Shown in pieces: positions 50,691-64,000 of a stretch of 64,000 nt of DNA. The stretch is from Takakia lepidozioides (taxonomy: Eukaryota; Plantae; Bryophyta), in the NCBI GenBank assembly GCA_030704615.1, contig CM060731.1:60016001-60080000 (forward strand), read 5' to 3'. Within the stretch, counting starts at the first letter, position 1; each line of letters opens with the position of its first letter. The notes under the pieces were generated by a model. It was given only the letters and a program-made list of their open reading frames with translations, was not told where the DNA came from and ran no database searches. The translations under genes were made by a program, and so were the position numbers.

Positions 50691-52069
50691 TTATTAACCT
50701 GCAGGCCATGGAGTCTTGGAGCTGCTGCACCATATCTGGATTAGTCAGGGGCTGCCTGCCGTTTGTGTCTTAAGTCTGAACCTCAAGATCAAGCAGACGG
50801 TAGCAAGTATAGAGGCATAGAGGCATATTCGGTATATTCCCTAAAAATCCTCACAATATGCCATAGCGAAACCAAATGGTGCCGACGTGGAAAAATTTAC
50901 GAAATCATCATGAAAATCGTGCTCACGGCACAAAACCTCCGAAACTAATGGTCTAAAGGTGAACTCACTCGAGCACAAACAACTTGGAGGTCAGCAAACT
51001 TAAACAATGTGGCATTAAAACCCCAATATATTAATTTGTACAAACATGATATGTTGAGGGCCTATGTCCCCTGTAGCTAATATATATATATATATATATA
51101 TAAAGATATGTTGAAACATACGTGTATAATATCAATAACCACCCAAAAATTGGGTTTTGCCAGCAAAACTTGGATTTAACGAATCTTGGGTATCACTGGT
51201 GAAATTGGGGTTTCTTTTTCTTTTTTTTTAGGTTTCTCCCTTTCAAGCTCCTTCTATAATGATGTTTAAAATTATATTTAAACACCATATAGACCCTATT
51301 AACGCAGAAAGACCATATGTCCATCTATTATATGTATTTCCGCTGGCATACATAAATCACCCTCATAACCGTGGATCCTCCTGCTGACGCGGGTTTTTTT
51401 TTTCCCTGCTCGCGCCATACGAATCCCCTATGAAGGAACGTTTGGTTCCAGTCCGACCACAATTCTTTGAACATACGTTTCCGGATCCGGTTTTGTTATT
51501 TTCAGTGTTGGGTGGTTCCAGTCATGTCCGGTTCAACCTTTTGGACACGGGGGCGGTTCTGGTTACCGGTTAGAGCTAAAAAACAATCCACCGGGTCCTT
51601 GGTTAGGTGAGTTCAGTTTTTTTTTTTTTTTTCCAGAGAACAAGGGACAGAGCTTGGTCCTAAAAAATTATTAAAAATAGGGGTACATAACAAGGGAAAA
51701 AATAACCTCCACAGGGAACACCCAGTAACTGAAGGGGAGGGAATAAAAAAGCAGCGGGAAAAAACAGCCACTAGGCTAGAGACAAGAGAGTTACGGAGGC
51801 GCTGATCATAGTGAGGAAGAGAGCAGACGTGCAGCAAAAAAAACACTAGACACCACCAAAATTGAGATGAATTTTGGACTTGAAGATGCGCATTTTCTGA
51901 TGGCACCAATTGATCTCGGTGGCGTCTGTTTCACCTGGCGACTTCCCATTGACTGGGGAACTCATCGTTTCAAGAGATTCTTGATCAATCAGAGAGGTGG
52001 GTGTAGAAATGGGTGCATTCCCCATTTATGATTTTGCTATGTGATCACTCTGTGCAACATCTTATCCGC

Positions 52070-52101
<32 letters not shown>

Positions 52102-52599
52102 ATCTCTGTCCTGTGATTTTCGTTATATGATAATATTCACAGGGGTCCACATTTCATGTTGAGCCTTGCATGCTGGTTGGCCTTAATCATCACTGGAGCA
52201 TGCCTATTATGCTCATGAGAAACAGCTCAATTCTCACCTCATCTCTGTTTTTCTCTTAGCTCACACTTCAGAAGGAAAGATCATGCTAATGACATCCTAC
52301 CAGCATTCATTCACCAGGTAAACATTCCCCATGGGTTGTTCACAGTGAAGTCATAGAACTTTTCATTGTAGAGTAAAAAATGTCAAACTACATCATACAA
52401 TTGCAAAAGCAATTCAAATATCATAGACAACTTCCTAAAGGGGCAGACAATAGCGCCATCTACACCATCTCAATGAAGGGGTTCAACCTACGGTGCAATG
52501 TCCCTGCATGGAAGTGGTGAATATCGTGATAACAACAGTACATTACAACACCGGTATGTAATATAGGGTAGTATGTAGTAGAGTACGTACGCATATATA

Positions 52600-54938
52600 A
52601 CATGAATAATTATTGCCTCCACCCCATCACACTAAAGGTAACGGTGATGCATCCACTACACAATAGAAGGAACGCCTGCACCATATTTGTTGTAGTGGTC
52701 ACGAAGGCATATCTAGGTAAAACTGTCAAGAAGACATATCTTATTTATGACATGGACCGGAAGGGACAATGTTTTCCACCGCAAATAAAAATCCATGACT
52801 CTGCCAATTGTCCACCCCCGGGGTTAATCAAATCATCTGTATTATCTAGTGATCTAAGAGCGATTTCGGGGCCTACAAGTGTTTTTGACTTCTGCACCAG
52901 ATGATATCCTGAAGACATCCAACATAACGATACATGTCAAAGAAGGGATGATTTGTACAATGAGGGCCAATGTGGTAATGAAAGTGCGGAATGCAAAACA
53001 GTACCTACAAAAGAAGGGAAAAGAACACGATTGTTGACTCACAAAGCTTCCTTGAGCCCTTCATGGATCCTGCAATCACATACCACAATTTCATGTCAGC
53101 AAGAGTATGCCCAAGGGGCTGGCACATTGGGATAGGAAATGCACAATTCAAAGGTGTAGAAAGAGGGCATTCAGTACTAATGGGGATGAGTTTACAAATA
53201 GTGGTTGCGCGCATTATTGTCCTCTGTTGTGGGAGATTTCCCATCGGTGCCCATAAAGTCTTTTGTATCTTGGATTACATGAGGTGGAGAGGGAAGCAAC
53301 AAGTCGCTAAGTGCGTGCAATATGTCATCCTTGAAGCGGATACTGCGCCATGGTCCAATGTTGTCCCCAACAACACTGCTTGATGCTCCCATAGTGCCCA
53401 GTTCACTTCCACGGGCACTTGACAACATTGGCCAAGGGAGAGTTCTAGGTGACGGACCAAGGAGGGCGTCCTTGCTCCAAAACCGAATAAAGGGTTCACA
53501 TACTGTACATGGGGCCGATTGGAGGACCCCACTCCTGTTCCTGCAGGCATAACACAGCGTGTGTCAGAAGGGGGTCTGATGCGCAAGGGGGCGGGGCTGA
53601 GAAAACAAGCATGGTTTGGATGTATTTCCATTTCCATTTGTGCTGGGTCACATTGAAATGTGCACATGAAGGTTAAGTACATTCATACACAAACTTTTTC
53701 AGAGATGCAGATGGATTGCAGACCCTGAACATGAGCATATACAAGGGAAATGCAAAAGCAAAATGAATATATGCATGAACAAATGTCGTATGAACTCACT
53801 TGTCTATTGATCCACCACCGGCCATAGGCTCCGCCCAAGTCACATCTAGCAAAGTCCTCCGTCTCAACGAGCTGCCTGAGGGATTCTTGAAAGTGAGTGT
53901 CTTCTATGCTTGGGAAGTTTTCAGGAAGTAATCCGTACTGTAGTACGGTGTAAAGGCCAGGACATCGAACATGTGCAGGTGTTTTTGGAACTTCAATGGA
54001 TGAAGTCAAAGTTTTGGACATGTTGGTAAAATAAGAAATTGCCTCTTCCCTAGAGCGAGGAAATGGAGGATCGGGAGGTCCTGGCACACAACTCACTTTG
54101 TTGAGTTTGCTAACGAAAGCGATGCATGCACCTTCCCTGCCCTCAAACCCCCAGCTAGAGCCCCTTTCTTGGAGTTGTCAGGAGGAAGATTACTTGATGT
54201 GAAATTTTTGTCATGCCCTGGATGATAGGAGGAAGGGCCCTTAGGAGAAACCTGAACCCTCCTGCGTTTCGGCCCTTCGTTGAATGCTTCCTCGTCGGAG
54301 TCATACAGATCCACTGCTCTTCCATGTGTATGAAAGCTACAGTCTTCCTCATCTGACGTCACGTCCATAAATACTTGACCGTGTGACCTGTTCGTCCTCG
54401 ATGATGATCACCCATTTCTTGGGACACTGGTGCATGGGAGGATGCAAGTTTTTTCTTACTTTTTGCGAGGTGACATCAACTTGTAGCGCTTGAGGACATC
54501 CTCCATAATAACCCTCTGGCTTGGTTCAAAAGCATGATTGATTTTGAGGACACCCTTATCTTCCCCATGCTTCATACAACTATCTATCATGTGCAAGTTG
54601 AGTTTCTTTTTATCCACAAAAACCAGAGCACAATATATGCATCTGTATTGTCGTCTGTTAGACGCACCAAGTTCATGGACCCTTGCCCTCAAGTGGGCCT
54701 CGCACATGAGCTCCTCGTATTCATCAGTATCATATGTCTCACAGTATTCTCTCCGGTTCTCTATCATTTTGCTCTCCTTCATCGTGATTGTTGCGTCTGC
54801 TAACACTTGCAGCAGCATGCAAATATACACAGCCAATGCCCACCCTAAATCCTCAGCAAGGTATAAATCATGCGAAGGCCAATTGCATGCATGACGAATT
54901 AACTCAAAATAAACCTCTGACAATGGTGTGCATGTCAT
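52600..54938 (-). pseudogene. Decayed multi-exon gene with C2HC zinc-finger-like domain homologous to the element-B ORF at 13739; probably transposon-borne
   Basis: MKESKMIENRREY...DEYEELMCEAHL...CIYC-x12-H-x4-C...INHAFEP aligns by eye with ORF 13739. Downstream acidic/basic linker and a possible HW(A)LIV...MLD remnant at ~52915-52975. GC-rich flank at 55650-55930. Confidence 0.55.
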
Positions 54939-56499
54939 TTATCGTAAACCCTAAACCCTAAAACATCATGAATGGACTGCAGATAATACAACATATCTCT
55001 AGATGGAGAGTGATAATGCAGCAGAGTAGTGACCTACTGTGATGAAAGAAAAAATGCGATAGATCCTCCTATGTGCACGTCCCTGGAGGGAGCCAGTGAA
55101 TTATGGAAAGTGATGTCCGCACTTCAAATCTTGTAATACAACATCACAAAATTGCCAGTAGCTTTATGCCTTACCAATCTCCCAGGATCTGAAAGTATCA
55201 GCAAAGTAACAAACTCTTCACCTCAGCTCCATGTGAAGGCTTGCATGAAGTGCCCATAACTAGCAAACATGCCACTTTTGCACTTTGCTAACTATTGTAG
55301 TGAGAAAACGATACCTATAATATGATGAGGGTAGGTGGAGATTACACGTACCAGCTCTCGCTTTTGTTCAAAGGTTGCAACGCTTCCACTCCAAACGTTT
55401 CTTGCGTGCAGGTTCTTATTATCATCACTCCAAAACGATCAACTTTGTCATTTGGCTTCTCCGGATTTTTATTGTTCTCTTTCTTTGCGATTATACTTTG
55501 CGGGTGAGTGAGTTCTGCAATGAACATCCGAAACCCAATCATCTCTGCCTCATTCCGTTCTTTGTTGGTTCTTTCACATATCTTGCATGCATAGGTTCGC
55601 CCGCTGGATCCTGAACTATTGAACTATGTTTGTCTTGCCCTAAATGCACAATACCCATAACATGCAATCCCATCATATGGATGCAATGGCATGCATGGGA
55701 CGATTAAGGGATGCATGGGGGATGGAGGACGATGCCATGCATGAGGGGAGGATGGGAGGCGGGATCGGGATCCGGGAGAGGGGATGTGTCATGTCCCTGC
55801 GGTGGGAACATGATGCGCGGGAGGGCGTGCCGCGCGGCAGCGGCGGTGTGCAGGTGGTGGAGTTGGGGGGTCCACACTGGCGGAACCGGCCCCTCGCATT
55901 CAACTCCCAGGCCCAATCTATTACTTGGCCAACAAAGGAGGGCTTTCAAGTACCAATACCACGGGGTTTGGAGATTCTGACCTTAACTTGCAATGCGGGT
56001 TTAAGCTTATCGTGCATGGATTCATTCACATTCAAGTCAATCCCAATAGGTAAGATTTGCATTGTCATCCACCAGTGCTGTGTAACTGGCCAGTATGTCA
56101 ACTTGGCGAACAAACATACAAAGTGGAAATCCTCCTTTTCGCGACATCATACAGCCTGGTCTAGAACTGCCTCAACCCAAATCCTAATCATACAAGGGCA
56201 GGCAACCTTTGCTGAAAAAGAATTTGCTGGTGACTTTCATATCCTCGGAAGCAAAAATGCACTGTATAGTCTCAATACAAAAGTCACTCCCTTCTGTGTG
56301 ACCACATGCTCGTAGATTTTTCCGCCATTGAAAGCATTTCAGAGCGACTGTGTGTGCATTAAAACAACACATGCAGTCTTAGTCATCCAAGGCATGAAAG
56401 AGCTCAAACTTTAACCTCCGTTGGTCTCCTGCCCCCAGCATCAATGCTAGCAACAAAAGCAGGTGAAGTTTGCTTCACCTGCAGCCAACACTTGAATGA

Positions 56500-59400
56500 A
56501 CAGGTTAGTGATCCCTGTGGAACCCCAGGAAAACACTTCATAATTGTTATGGAGGATTTGTTCCTCTTCCATATGCACCAGAAGGTGCGTGTCAGGCAAG
56601 TACCCAGCCTCCATCATCCGCCAAGACAACTTCTTCAGCCTCCAGAAACTCAGTCAATTTGTGGATGCACTTTATTTGTACAACTGTATGCACCTGGTCA
56701 TTTACCTCAATCCAGCTGCGCCATGGCTCCTCTTTTAACCTCTGTCCTAAATCACCTCTCACCTTTGCTTAATCCTGCCACCTGCCAGCCCAGCATGACT
56801 GCAGTGACATGCTATGATCACAGATGAGAAGGAATTTTGCAGCACGTTCTGCTCGCTCCACGTCGCCATGAGTTCCGCAGGCACCAAGCAAGGCCCCCCA
56901 CACTGAAGCACCTGGTTCAATTGGCATATTGTTGACAACGTTCTCTGCCTCATTCAGTAGACCTGCACGGCCACATAGGTCCACCATGCAGCCATAATGT
57001 TCCACAGTAGCATTGAGCCCATGATCTTGACTCAAGGAATCAAAATAGTGCTGGCCTTTGACATCCAGTAGGCCCCCGTGATTACATGCCAATAGAAGAC
57101 ATACAAAGCTGATACCATTTGGACTGAACCCTTCCTGTTTTTTTCAAATACATGGAGGGCCTGCCTACCATACCCATGCTGGGCATATCCTTCGATCATC
57201 GCATTCCACGACACCACATCCCGTACAGCCATATTGTAGAATGTTTGACATGCATCCTTCATGCTCCTTATTTGGCATACATGACCACAAGGGCAGTCTC
57301 CCGAAACATATCTGTGTCAATCCCAGCTTGGATGATGGCAGCATGGATCTCTATGCCCTTTTCCAGGGCGGCAAGACTGGCGCACATATTGAGAATGCAA
57401 ATGAACACAACTTTGTTGGGCTTGACACCTTCACTTATCATTTGCTCATAGATGTCTATAGCCTCTTTATTATACCCATGCTGAGCATATCCTGTTAACA
57501 TTGCACTCCAAGAGACAGCATCTTGTTGAGCCATATTGTCAAACACTTGACGCGCATCCTTTAGGCTGCCACACTTTGCATACATGTCCACAAGGGCAGT
57601 CTCGAGAATGAAATCTGGTATAATCCCAGCTTTGATGATGTCAGCATGTACCTTTTTGGCCTTTTCCAGGGTTCCCAGGCTGGCACATGCATTGACAAAG
57701 CCATTGAACGTGACCATGTCAGGCATCACCCCTTCAGCTTGCATTTGCTCATATAGTTGGAGGGCCTCCCACCCACACCCATGCTGAGCATATCCTGCAA
57801 TCATCAAGTTCCATGAGACCGCATTTCGTTGAGCCATATTGTCAAACACTTGATGTGCAGCCTTCCTGCTCCCGCATTTGGCATACATGTCAGCAAGGGC
57901 ACCCCTGAGAATAATATCTGGAGCAATTCCACTTTTGCTAATGTCAGCATGGACAGCATTGCCCTTGCATTTTCACATACATCTTAAAAGCCTCTGTACC
58001 ACACCCATGCTCAGTATATCCTCCAATCATGGCGTTCCATGAGACCACATCTCGTTGAGCCATATTGTCAAACACTTGACATGCATCCTTCATGCTCCTG
58101 CATTTGGTATACATGTCAACAAGGCTGTTCTCCAAATTAACATATGACACAATACCAGCTTTGATGATGTCAGCATGTAACACTTTGCCCTTTTCAAGGG
58201 CTCCTAGGCTGGCACATGTATGCATTTAGAACACATGAATGTTACCTTGTTGGGCTTAATCCCTTCTGACATCATTTGCTCATAGAGCTCAAAAGCCTCC
58301 CTACCACACCCTTGCTGAGCGTATCCTGCTATCATTGCACTCCATGAGACCACATCTCGGCAAAACATATTGTCAAACACTTGATGTGCTTGCTTCATGC
58401 TTCGGCATTTGGCATACGTGTGAACAAGTGTATTCTCCAGAATGATATCTGGCACAATTCCACTTTTGCTGATGTCAGTGTGGACCTCTTTGCCCTTTTT
58501 CACATCTCCTATGCTGGCACACCCCTTGAGAACACAAATGAATGTGACCCTGTTGGGTCTCACCCCTTCCCGTTGCATTTGCTGATACATCTCTACAGCC
58601 TCCTTCCCACAACCATGCTAAGCATATCCTGCGATCATCGGGCTCCATGAGACCACATTTCTTTTAGCCATTTTGTCAAAAACCTGTTGTGCATCCTTAA
58701 GGCTCCCACATTTTGCATACATATGAGCAAGGGCAGTCTCCATGATAATATCTGGTGCAATGTGAGCTTTAACAATGTCAGCATGGACTTCTTTGCCCTT
58801 GTCCAGGCTCCCTATGCTGGCACATGCATTGAGGATGCAAATGAATGTGACCCCGTTGGGAGTCATTCCTTCCTGTTGCATTAGCTCATACATCTTGAAA
58901 GCCTCCCTACCATACCCATGCTTGGCATATCCTGCTATCATTATATTCCATGTAGATATATCTCGGTCAGGCATTCTTTCAAACACTTGGCGTGCATCCT
59001 TGATGCTCCCGCACTTGGAATACATGTTGATGAAGGAGTTAAGTAGAAAGATGTTTGGCTTGAATCCACTCTGGATGACATGGGCATGCACCTGCTTTCC
59101 CTGTACCGGGCCTTTCATGTTAATGCACTCCTGCAATACAGAGGCATAAGGTTCGGAGTCTGCCCAAATGCATTGCTGGTTCAAGAGGAGCAGAGCCTTC
59201 TTCAGCTGTCCTGCCTTACACAATGTCCTCACATCCCTCAAAGAGTTTTTGTTGACTCCTTCTGCCCATCCTTCAAGCCATGAATGATTTGCGTACTCAT
59301 CCACATCCCTTATTTGACCAGACTCTGTCCTTGCATCATAAGATGGACCAGATTGTGCTTGACTTTGTATCCTTGTAGCTATTTCTGCTTCCACCCAAAT

Positions 59401-59500
59401 AGGGTTCAACCAACTTCCAATCCAGAGGGCCTCCTTTGTGCACTTATGTCTAATGTCTGGTGATCTTGGACTTCTCTGTGAAATCCACCGGTGGGCGGCT
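56500..59500 (-). pseudogene. PLS-class PPR gene (E/E+ type organellar RNA editing factor), disrupted
   Basis: Many MYAKCGS..A..VFD.M..RDVVSW.AMIAGYAQHG repeats; E domain HYGCMVDLCGRAG, MPIEPGASVWGALLGAC; PG-box-like EPWRSWIEVNDQVH; MMEAGYLPDT; no HSE/CxxC/DYW. TAG at 58618-58620 and frameshifts near 58220, 57950, 57265 and 57090. Confidence 0.92.
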
Positions 59501-60529
59501 GAGCAGTCATAACTTCAACCAAAGCTCAAATAGACCAGGCTAAAATCCCAAAATACCACAATGCAGTAAACACGAACTTGCCCTACTTCCTGCCTCCCAC
59601 CCTGGTCAACATCAAAATTGCATCATCAACTACTGTGTAAGCCGAGCCCGCATATGTACTACCAATGTGTCAATACTGATGCTTCTACCAACATGGGACA
59701 GGCCCGAAGCACCACCACAACTAAACTTGACTAGCCTACATCAACATAAGCATCTATCAACGAACTACCCCCCCATACCCCTCCTCATTTGGATCAATAT
59801 AAATCCCTACAAACCTCTGTCTCTGCTCTGCACAAAAGCCAGATCATCACCCTTCACTCTCACGAAACTACATACAAAGAACGTCGTACTGCTTCTGCGA
59901 GCAATTTCACACCCCCGTGACAACCTCTACCACACAGCCTCTATCTACATACCGCACATTCTACACGTTGTACCACCCATGTGCATCCACCTCTGCCAAG
60001 CAGTCTAAATTGTTCTCACCAAAAGACCCATCATTACAATCTACCTCCAGTCATAAACCAATACCAGCTGGCACAACTTCCCCAACACAGCCACGGCGTC
60101 CGAGATTATCAATCACAACACCCACACCCCACTCAAACGCACACACTGCCAATCCATTCATACACCCTGAAACCCTTACTAAAAGCCCTCGAAGCACACT
60201 ATTATGTACTTGGACGCATCTGCACTGCTCTTACCAATGTGCTCTGGGCATAATTTGAAATGGCTCACCTATCATATCCAACTGTCTGATGTGCCGCGAT
60301 CCCCATATGTATGCCCTCTTAGACTCCTTCCTCCTCTGCGGCCCACTACCCAAATGAACACAGGTAGACACTTCCACATATTCAGCAAACGATCCCTGCG
60401 CAAATTTCAAAACATACTGCGGTTTTCACGCTCTGCAAATCCCTCCCCACTGCTGAATACCTACACCCCATTAAATATCCCCTCTCTGCACTGGGACAGC
60501 TTCTTATGCGGAGAATGAGAAGCCAGAAT

Positions 60530-63045
60530 TAAGGCTGTAAATATTCTAGAAAGATTGGCAACTTTAAGACTTTGGGCCTCTTTATACTGTGACCCAAAAT
60601 TGAGAACCCAACAAGCCTCTTAGTATTTCAAGTTGGGTTGTCAATGGTGCCACATGGGCAAAAATGAGAACCCAATGTGGGTAATGTGTGACGTATCCAC
60701 AGTCCAGTGTAGAATCCAACCGAGACACTTGTCAAACCAAGACAGTTCAAAATGCAATGGCATGAAGTGCCTTACTCCAAATGCTGTTCATTGGCTGTGT
60801 CAGGCTGTGTCAGACATAAATCAAAAGACCAGTCGTGGGGGGAGTTCCCCACCACCCGGAGGTACCCCAGAGCTGGATTCTCGAGTAATTCTGACTAGGG
60901 TGACAAGTCAATTGGGCCGCAGAGTGAAGTGGCCCTTATTCAGCTTGCATTTCAGATCACTAACTCTTTCAGTAAGGAAAACATATTTTAACCAAGTATC
61001 GACCTGGAGTCCAGAAACATGTACCTAAGCATGCTGTTGTTGAGGGCAGAGGACTGGATTCTTAAGGGGGAGGGTTTGAGAAAGATGAGAGCACTTCTCT
61101 TAGATACCTTCAAATAGGCTCACACCATTGACTCATCATCATTGTGAGAAATTCAGAAGGGACATATATAGACAGTCTAATTTGAAAACTCAACAGAATA
61201 AGTCCTCCATAAGGGAGATTTCGTAACTTGCCACACTTTTAAAGCACAATGGTGACCCATGCTGAAAACTGAGTCAAGGGGTTGGCGTCAATTGTGCTAA
61301 GAAATCAGCTAGTGAGTCTAGATAACCTGCCAGCTGATTGAGAAAAAGAAGACATTCCAAGTCATTTTCTTATCCAAGCATATATTAACCTTGATAGATG
61401 AGACCTTTAGTTTTTGGATGGACATTAGACAAGGGCCCCTTTAAGGACATTGAGCTTCTTATCAGGACAACCTCTCATTTGCTCGAAGCCTGGACCGCAA
61501 TAAGACATTGAAGATATGAACCGTTCAAGCATTACACAAAATGAAAGAAAGAAAGAAACTGTATGATGTCCACTGAAGCTTACAGAACAAGCCTGCATAC
61601 CAGGCCAATCAAATGAGAACATGGGGCTGGAAGTACCTGAGGCAGGATGCCCTTGCCTGTCAATCCCTCCACAACAATGCCAGCTGTCAGTCCTAGCATT
61701 GCCCATCCTCCATTAATTGCTTCAATATCACGGAACTTCATGATGAAAAGATACCAGTATCTGCCTTTCTCTCAACGGGACCAAATACTTTTGTACTTTC
61801 TCCGTCTTAAAGGCATCATAGATGTTTCCTGAAGTGGCCATTTCTTTGTTCTACGGCGCCCCATCGGCCTTTGTGGCCCTCTGGACATTATAAAGTTTGT
61901 TTCCTTCTTTCTCCTGACTCCAGTCTCTTTCATAATCAACTATCCTCAAGTTGCCCCCATGAAGTGGGACTGCATTATGCGCTCTGCAGATGTGGCATTA
62001 TAATAACAGCTCAGAAGTTGTTGGAATCACAGATTTCAAAGTGCTGAGAGTACCTGGAATTTTGCTCGGGCTTCCAGCAACCTCCATTCTTCAGCAGCCA
62101 AGCTCTTTGCCTCCAAGGGATCCACCATGTTAACCACCTTTGGCTCTCTTCTTGATCCTCCCAATGTGCCATTTACTTTTCCCTGAATTCCAATTAAACC
62201 AGACTATGCGAAAACAATCTAAAATCTAGGCCTGGAAAGTCTCGAGAATTGAAGATCTACTTGAGCATCAGAAAGAGAAGACTTATAAAAAGAGATGAAA
62301 ATTTTCTATTAAGGATATTAACTAGAGCGGCAGTGACATATGACAGTTACATTAAAACATTAAGAAAACGAAAGTGAATTCGGGAGTTTCATGATCGAGC
62401 CACTCACTGGAGGGCGACGTCGTAGGGGTGAAAAGAGATATCCCCAAGCTTCTTGATGATGCGCGAGACTGAGGAGATAGATGCGACGAAGCTCCAACAA
62501 AGCCAGATGTCTGAGGAGCTTGCAGCAGCCTCATCGCCTTCTTCGTCTCTCTCCCTGCGATTCTTCTCCCCCCTCCTGCCTTGGCCTCCCTCCACAAAAC
62601 GAAGACGATAACCGGTGATCACCGGTCGACCCTGCGTTCTGTCCACCGGTGATGGCCGGTGATCACCGGTCGACCCTGCGTGTTGTTCACCGGTGATGGC
62701 CGGTGGAAACTACGGGAGATATTGCACCACGTGGCGGAAGATACAGCCACGCGCAAATTTCCACTCCGGAAGTTACTGCTCCTATTTACCGTGATACATT
62801 CGTAGAATTGGTAAAAGGTACAGTTTTCACTTTTGACTCGTTGGCCACGCTGCACGATGCTCGCACTCGCACGAAGTGAAGAACGATGGAGGCAGCCACG
62901 CGGCCGAGGAAGGAAGGCTTGAATGGACTTCTATGGAGGAGACAAGACGATGTCTTTGGAAGAAGCGTGACTGCAATCCTGGTGCTAGTAGAACTTAGAC
63001 TGGGATCTAATGTCAAGTCTCCCTTGGAGATATGCCAATGCCTTG
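60530..63045 (+). repeat. Local segmental duplication, copy 2
   Basis: Direct repeat of 44740-49690 with two large indels. Confidence 0.9.
61274..62534 (-). pseudogene. SEP5-like pseudogene (duplicate)
   Basis: A deletion fuses exon 2 to exon 3 out of frame (...TCG CAT AGT CTG GTT TAA). The exon 4 acceptor and first codons are deleted at ~61733. Confidence 0.85.
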
Positions 63046-63195
63046 ATCGGTATACGCATGTGCAGATGCTCGTGATATTTGCCCGGCATGTTGAATAGTA
63101 GGATTTTTCGAGAGGAGCTGCGGGGCATATGACAGGCAGGCACATTTGGATTAGCGAATCATAACTGGGCCGGCTCGTGAGTCGTGGCCCTTCCA

Positions 63196-63731
63196 TGGAA
63201 AGTCGGAAAGGTTGTGCTCAGATGCTGAGAAGAATTCTAATTGCAGTTGTGCTCGCAACCCAATTCATATTTTGTGGCGTTGTGATCCTGACGCTGCAGG
63301 GATCCTTGAACTACAATCTGTCATCGTCTAATTGCAGCCGCCAAGAGCGATTTCCTACTGGGGAGCCACATGCAACTCATAGCTGGAACGGGGCAGACGA
63401 CGACAGCGGATGGGAGAATTCAGCGGTGCGCCAGCTCAATTTCGTGCAGAACCAGAGTTGGATCTCGGAGGTTTATCGAAGTGAGGAGGGGCCTATGCTC
63501 CGTGCAGCACAAGATGTGTTGAATGTGACCTCCATTTCCGAGTTCTGTGCTTACGTAAATGCGTCCGGTAATGCGACTCTACCGGAGTATGCGATATTCA
63601 CAAATGTGATGCTAGTGGGGCGGACACTCCTCCTTCCTGCAAGCATAGAGTGTGAGTCGTCTTTCACGCAGTCCCTCTTGAACTTGAGCACTCTTCACCA
63701 TGGGGGCCAGCTCTCCACGCCTCAGTTAGAG
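63196..63731 (+). CDS. 5' exon of a type II membrane protein, possibly a Golgi glycosyltransferase
   Basis: Short basic N-terminus, hydrophobic segment ILIAVVLATQFIFCGVVILTL, stem rich in N-x-S/T sequons; probable donor GAG|GTATGT at ~63731. The glycosyltransferase call is inferred from topology only. Confidence 0.55.
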
Positions 63732-64000
63732 GTATGTGCACATACCATCAAACTTTTCAACTCGTCCATGGATTGTGTGTGCAGTCGTCAAGACTCTCAG
63801 TAAAATCCATGATCTGTCAGAGCAGCTTTACTGTATTTGAAAAGACACGAACATTTAATCCCGTCCTTGTGCATGACAAGTTTGCATGACTTTCTATCCT
63901 CTCTACCACCTCGAGTAAGATCTGACTCAGCAGCTCACAGGATTTTCGCTCAGATGGAAACTGTTTCTTGGTCCAATTGTATCTAGATTGGGTGGACCTG

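Noticed and set aside
51502-51610. hAT-like end (CAGTGTT with CCGGTT/AACCGG subterminal motifs)
   Set aside because: No matching opposite TIR or 8-bp TSD found in the window.
54946-54963. Telomeric repeat AAACCCTAAACCCTAAA
   Set aside because: Only two units; a common telo-box or chance, not an interstitial telomere.
58618-58620. Stop codon in the PPR rescued by U-to-C RNA editing
   Set aside because: Reverse editing is organellar; this is a nuclear gene that also has several frameshifts.

Overview
Eukaryotic nuclear DNA from a land plant, most likely a seed-free lineage (spliceosomal introns, PLS-class PPRs, a captured TTLL-type glutamylase exon). The left half (1-33.1 kb) is a nest of transposons. 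It holds a ~2 kb hairpin-repeat array and a rearranged Ty3/gypsy LTR retroelement with a decayed C5-cytosine DNA methyltransferase just upstream of a PPT/3' LTR start. It also holds two related Mutator-like elements with SWIM transposases. The second is complete: 11309-33140, 21,832 bp, ~350-bp TIRs, 9-bp TSD TTACCTATC. It carries a Ulp1-like protease, a C2HC zinc-finger ORF and an unknown ORF, is densely covered by a short (C/T)RGACT motif (VANDAL-like layout), and hosts a nested CACTA-type derivative with captured TTLL, OSB and PPR fragments. The right half has an intact 13-exon plastid-type phosphofructokinase (PFK5-like), an intact 5-exon LHC-like SEP5-like gene with a pseudogenised duplicate, a decayed ORF sharing the zinc-finger domain, a disrupted PLS-PPR gene and the 5' part of a type II membrane protein gene. 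All calls were made by eye from motifs; no database searches were run.
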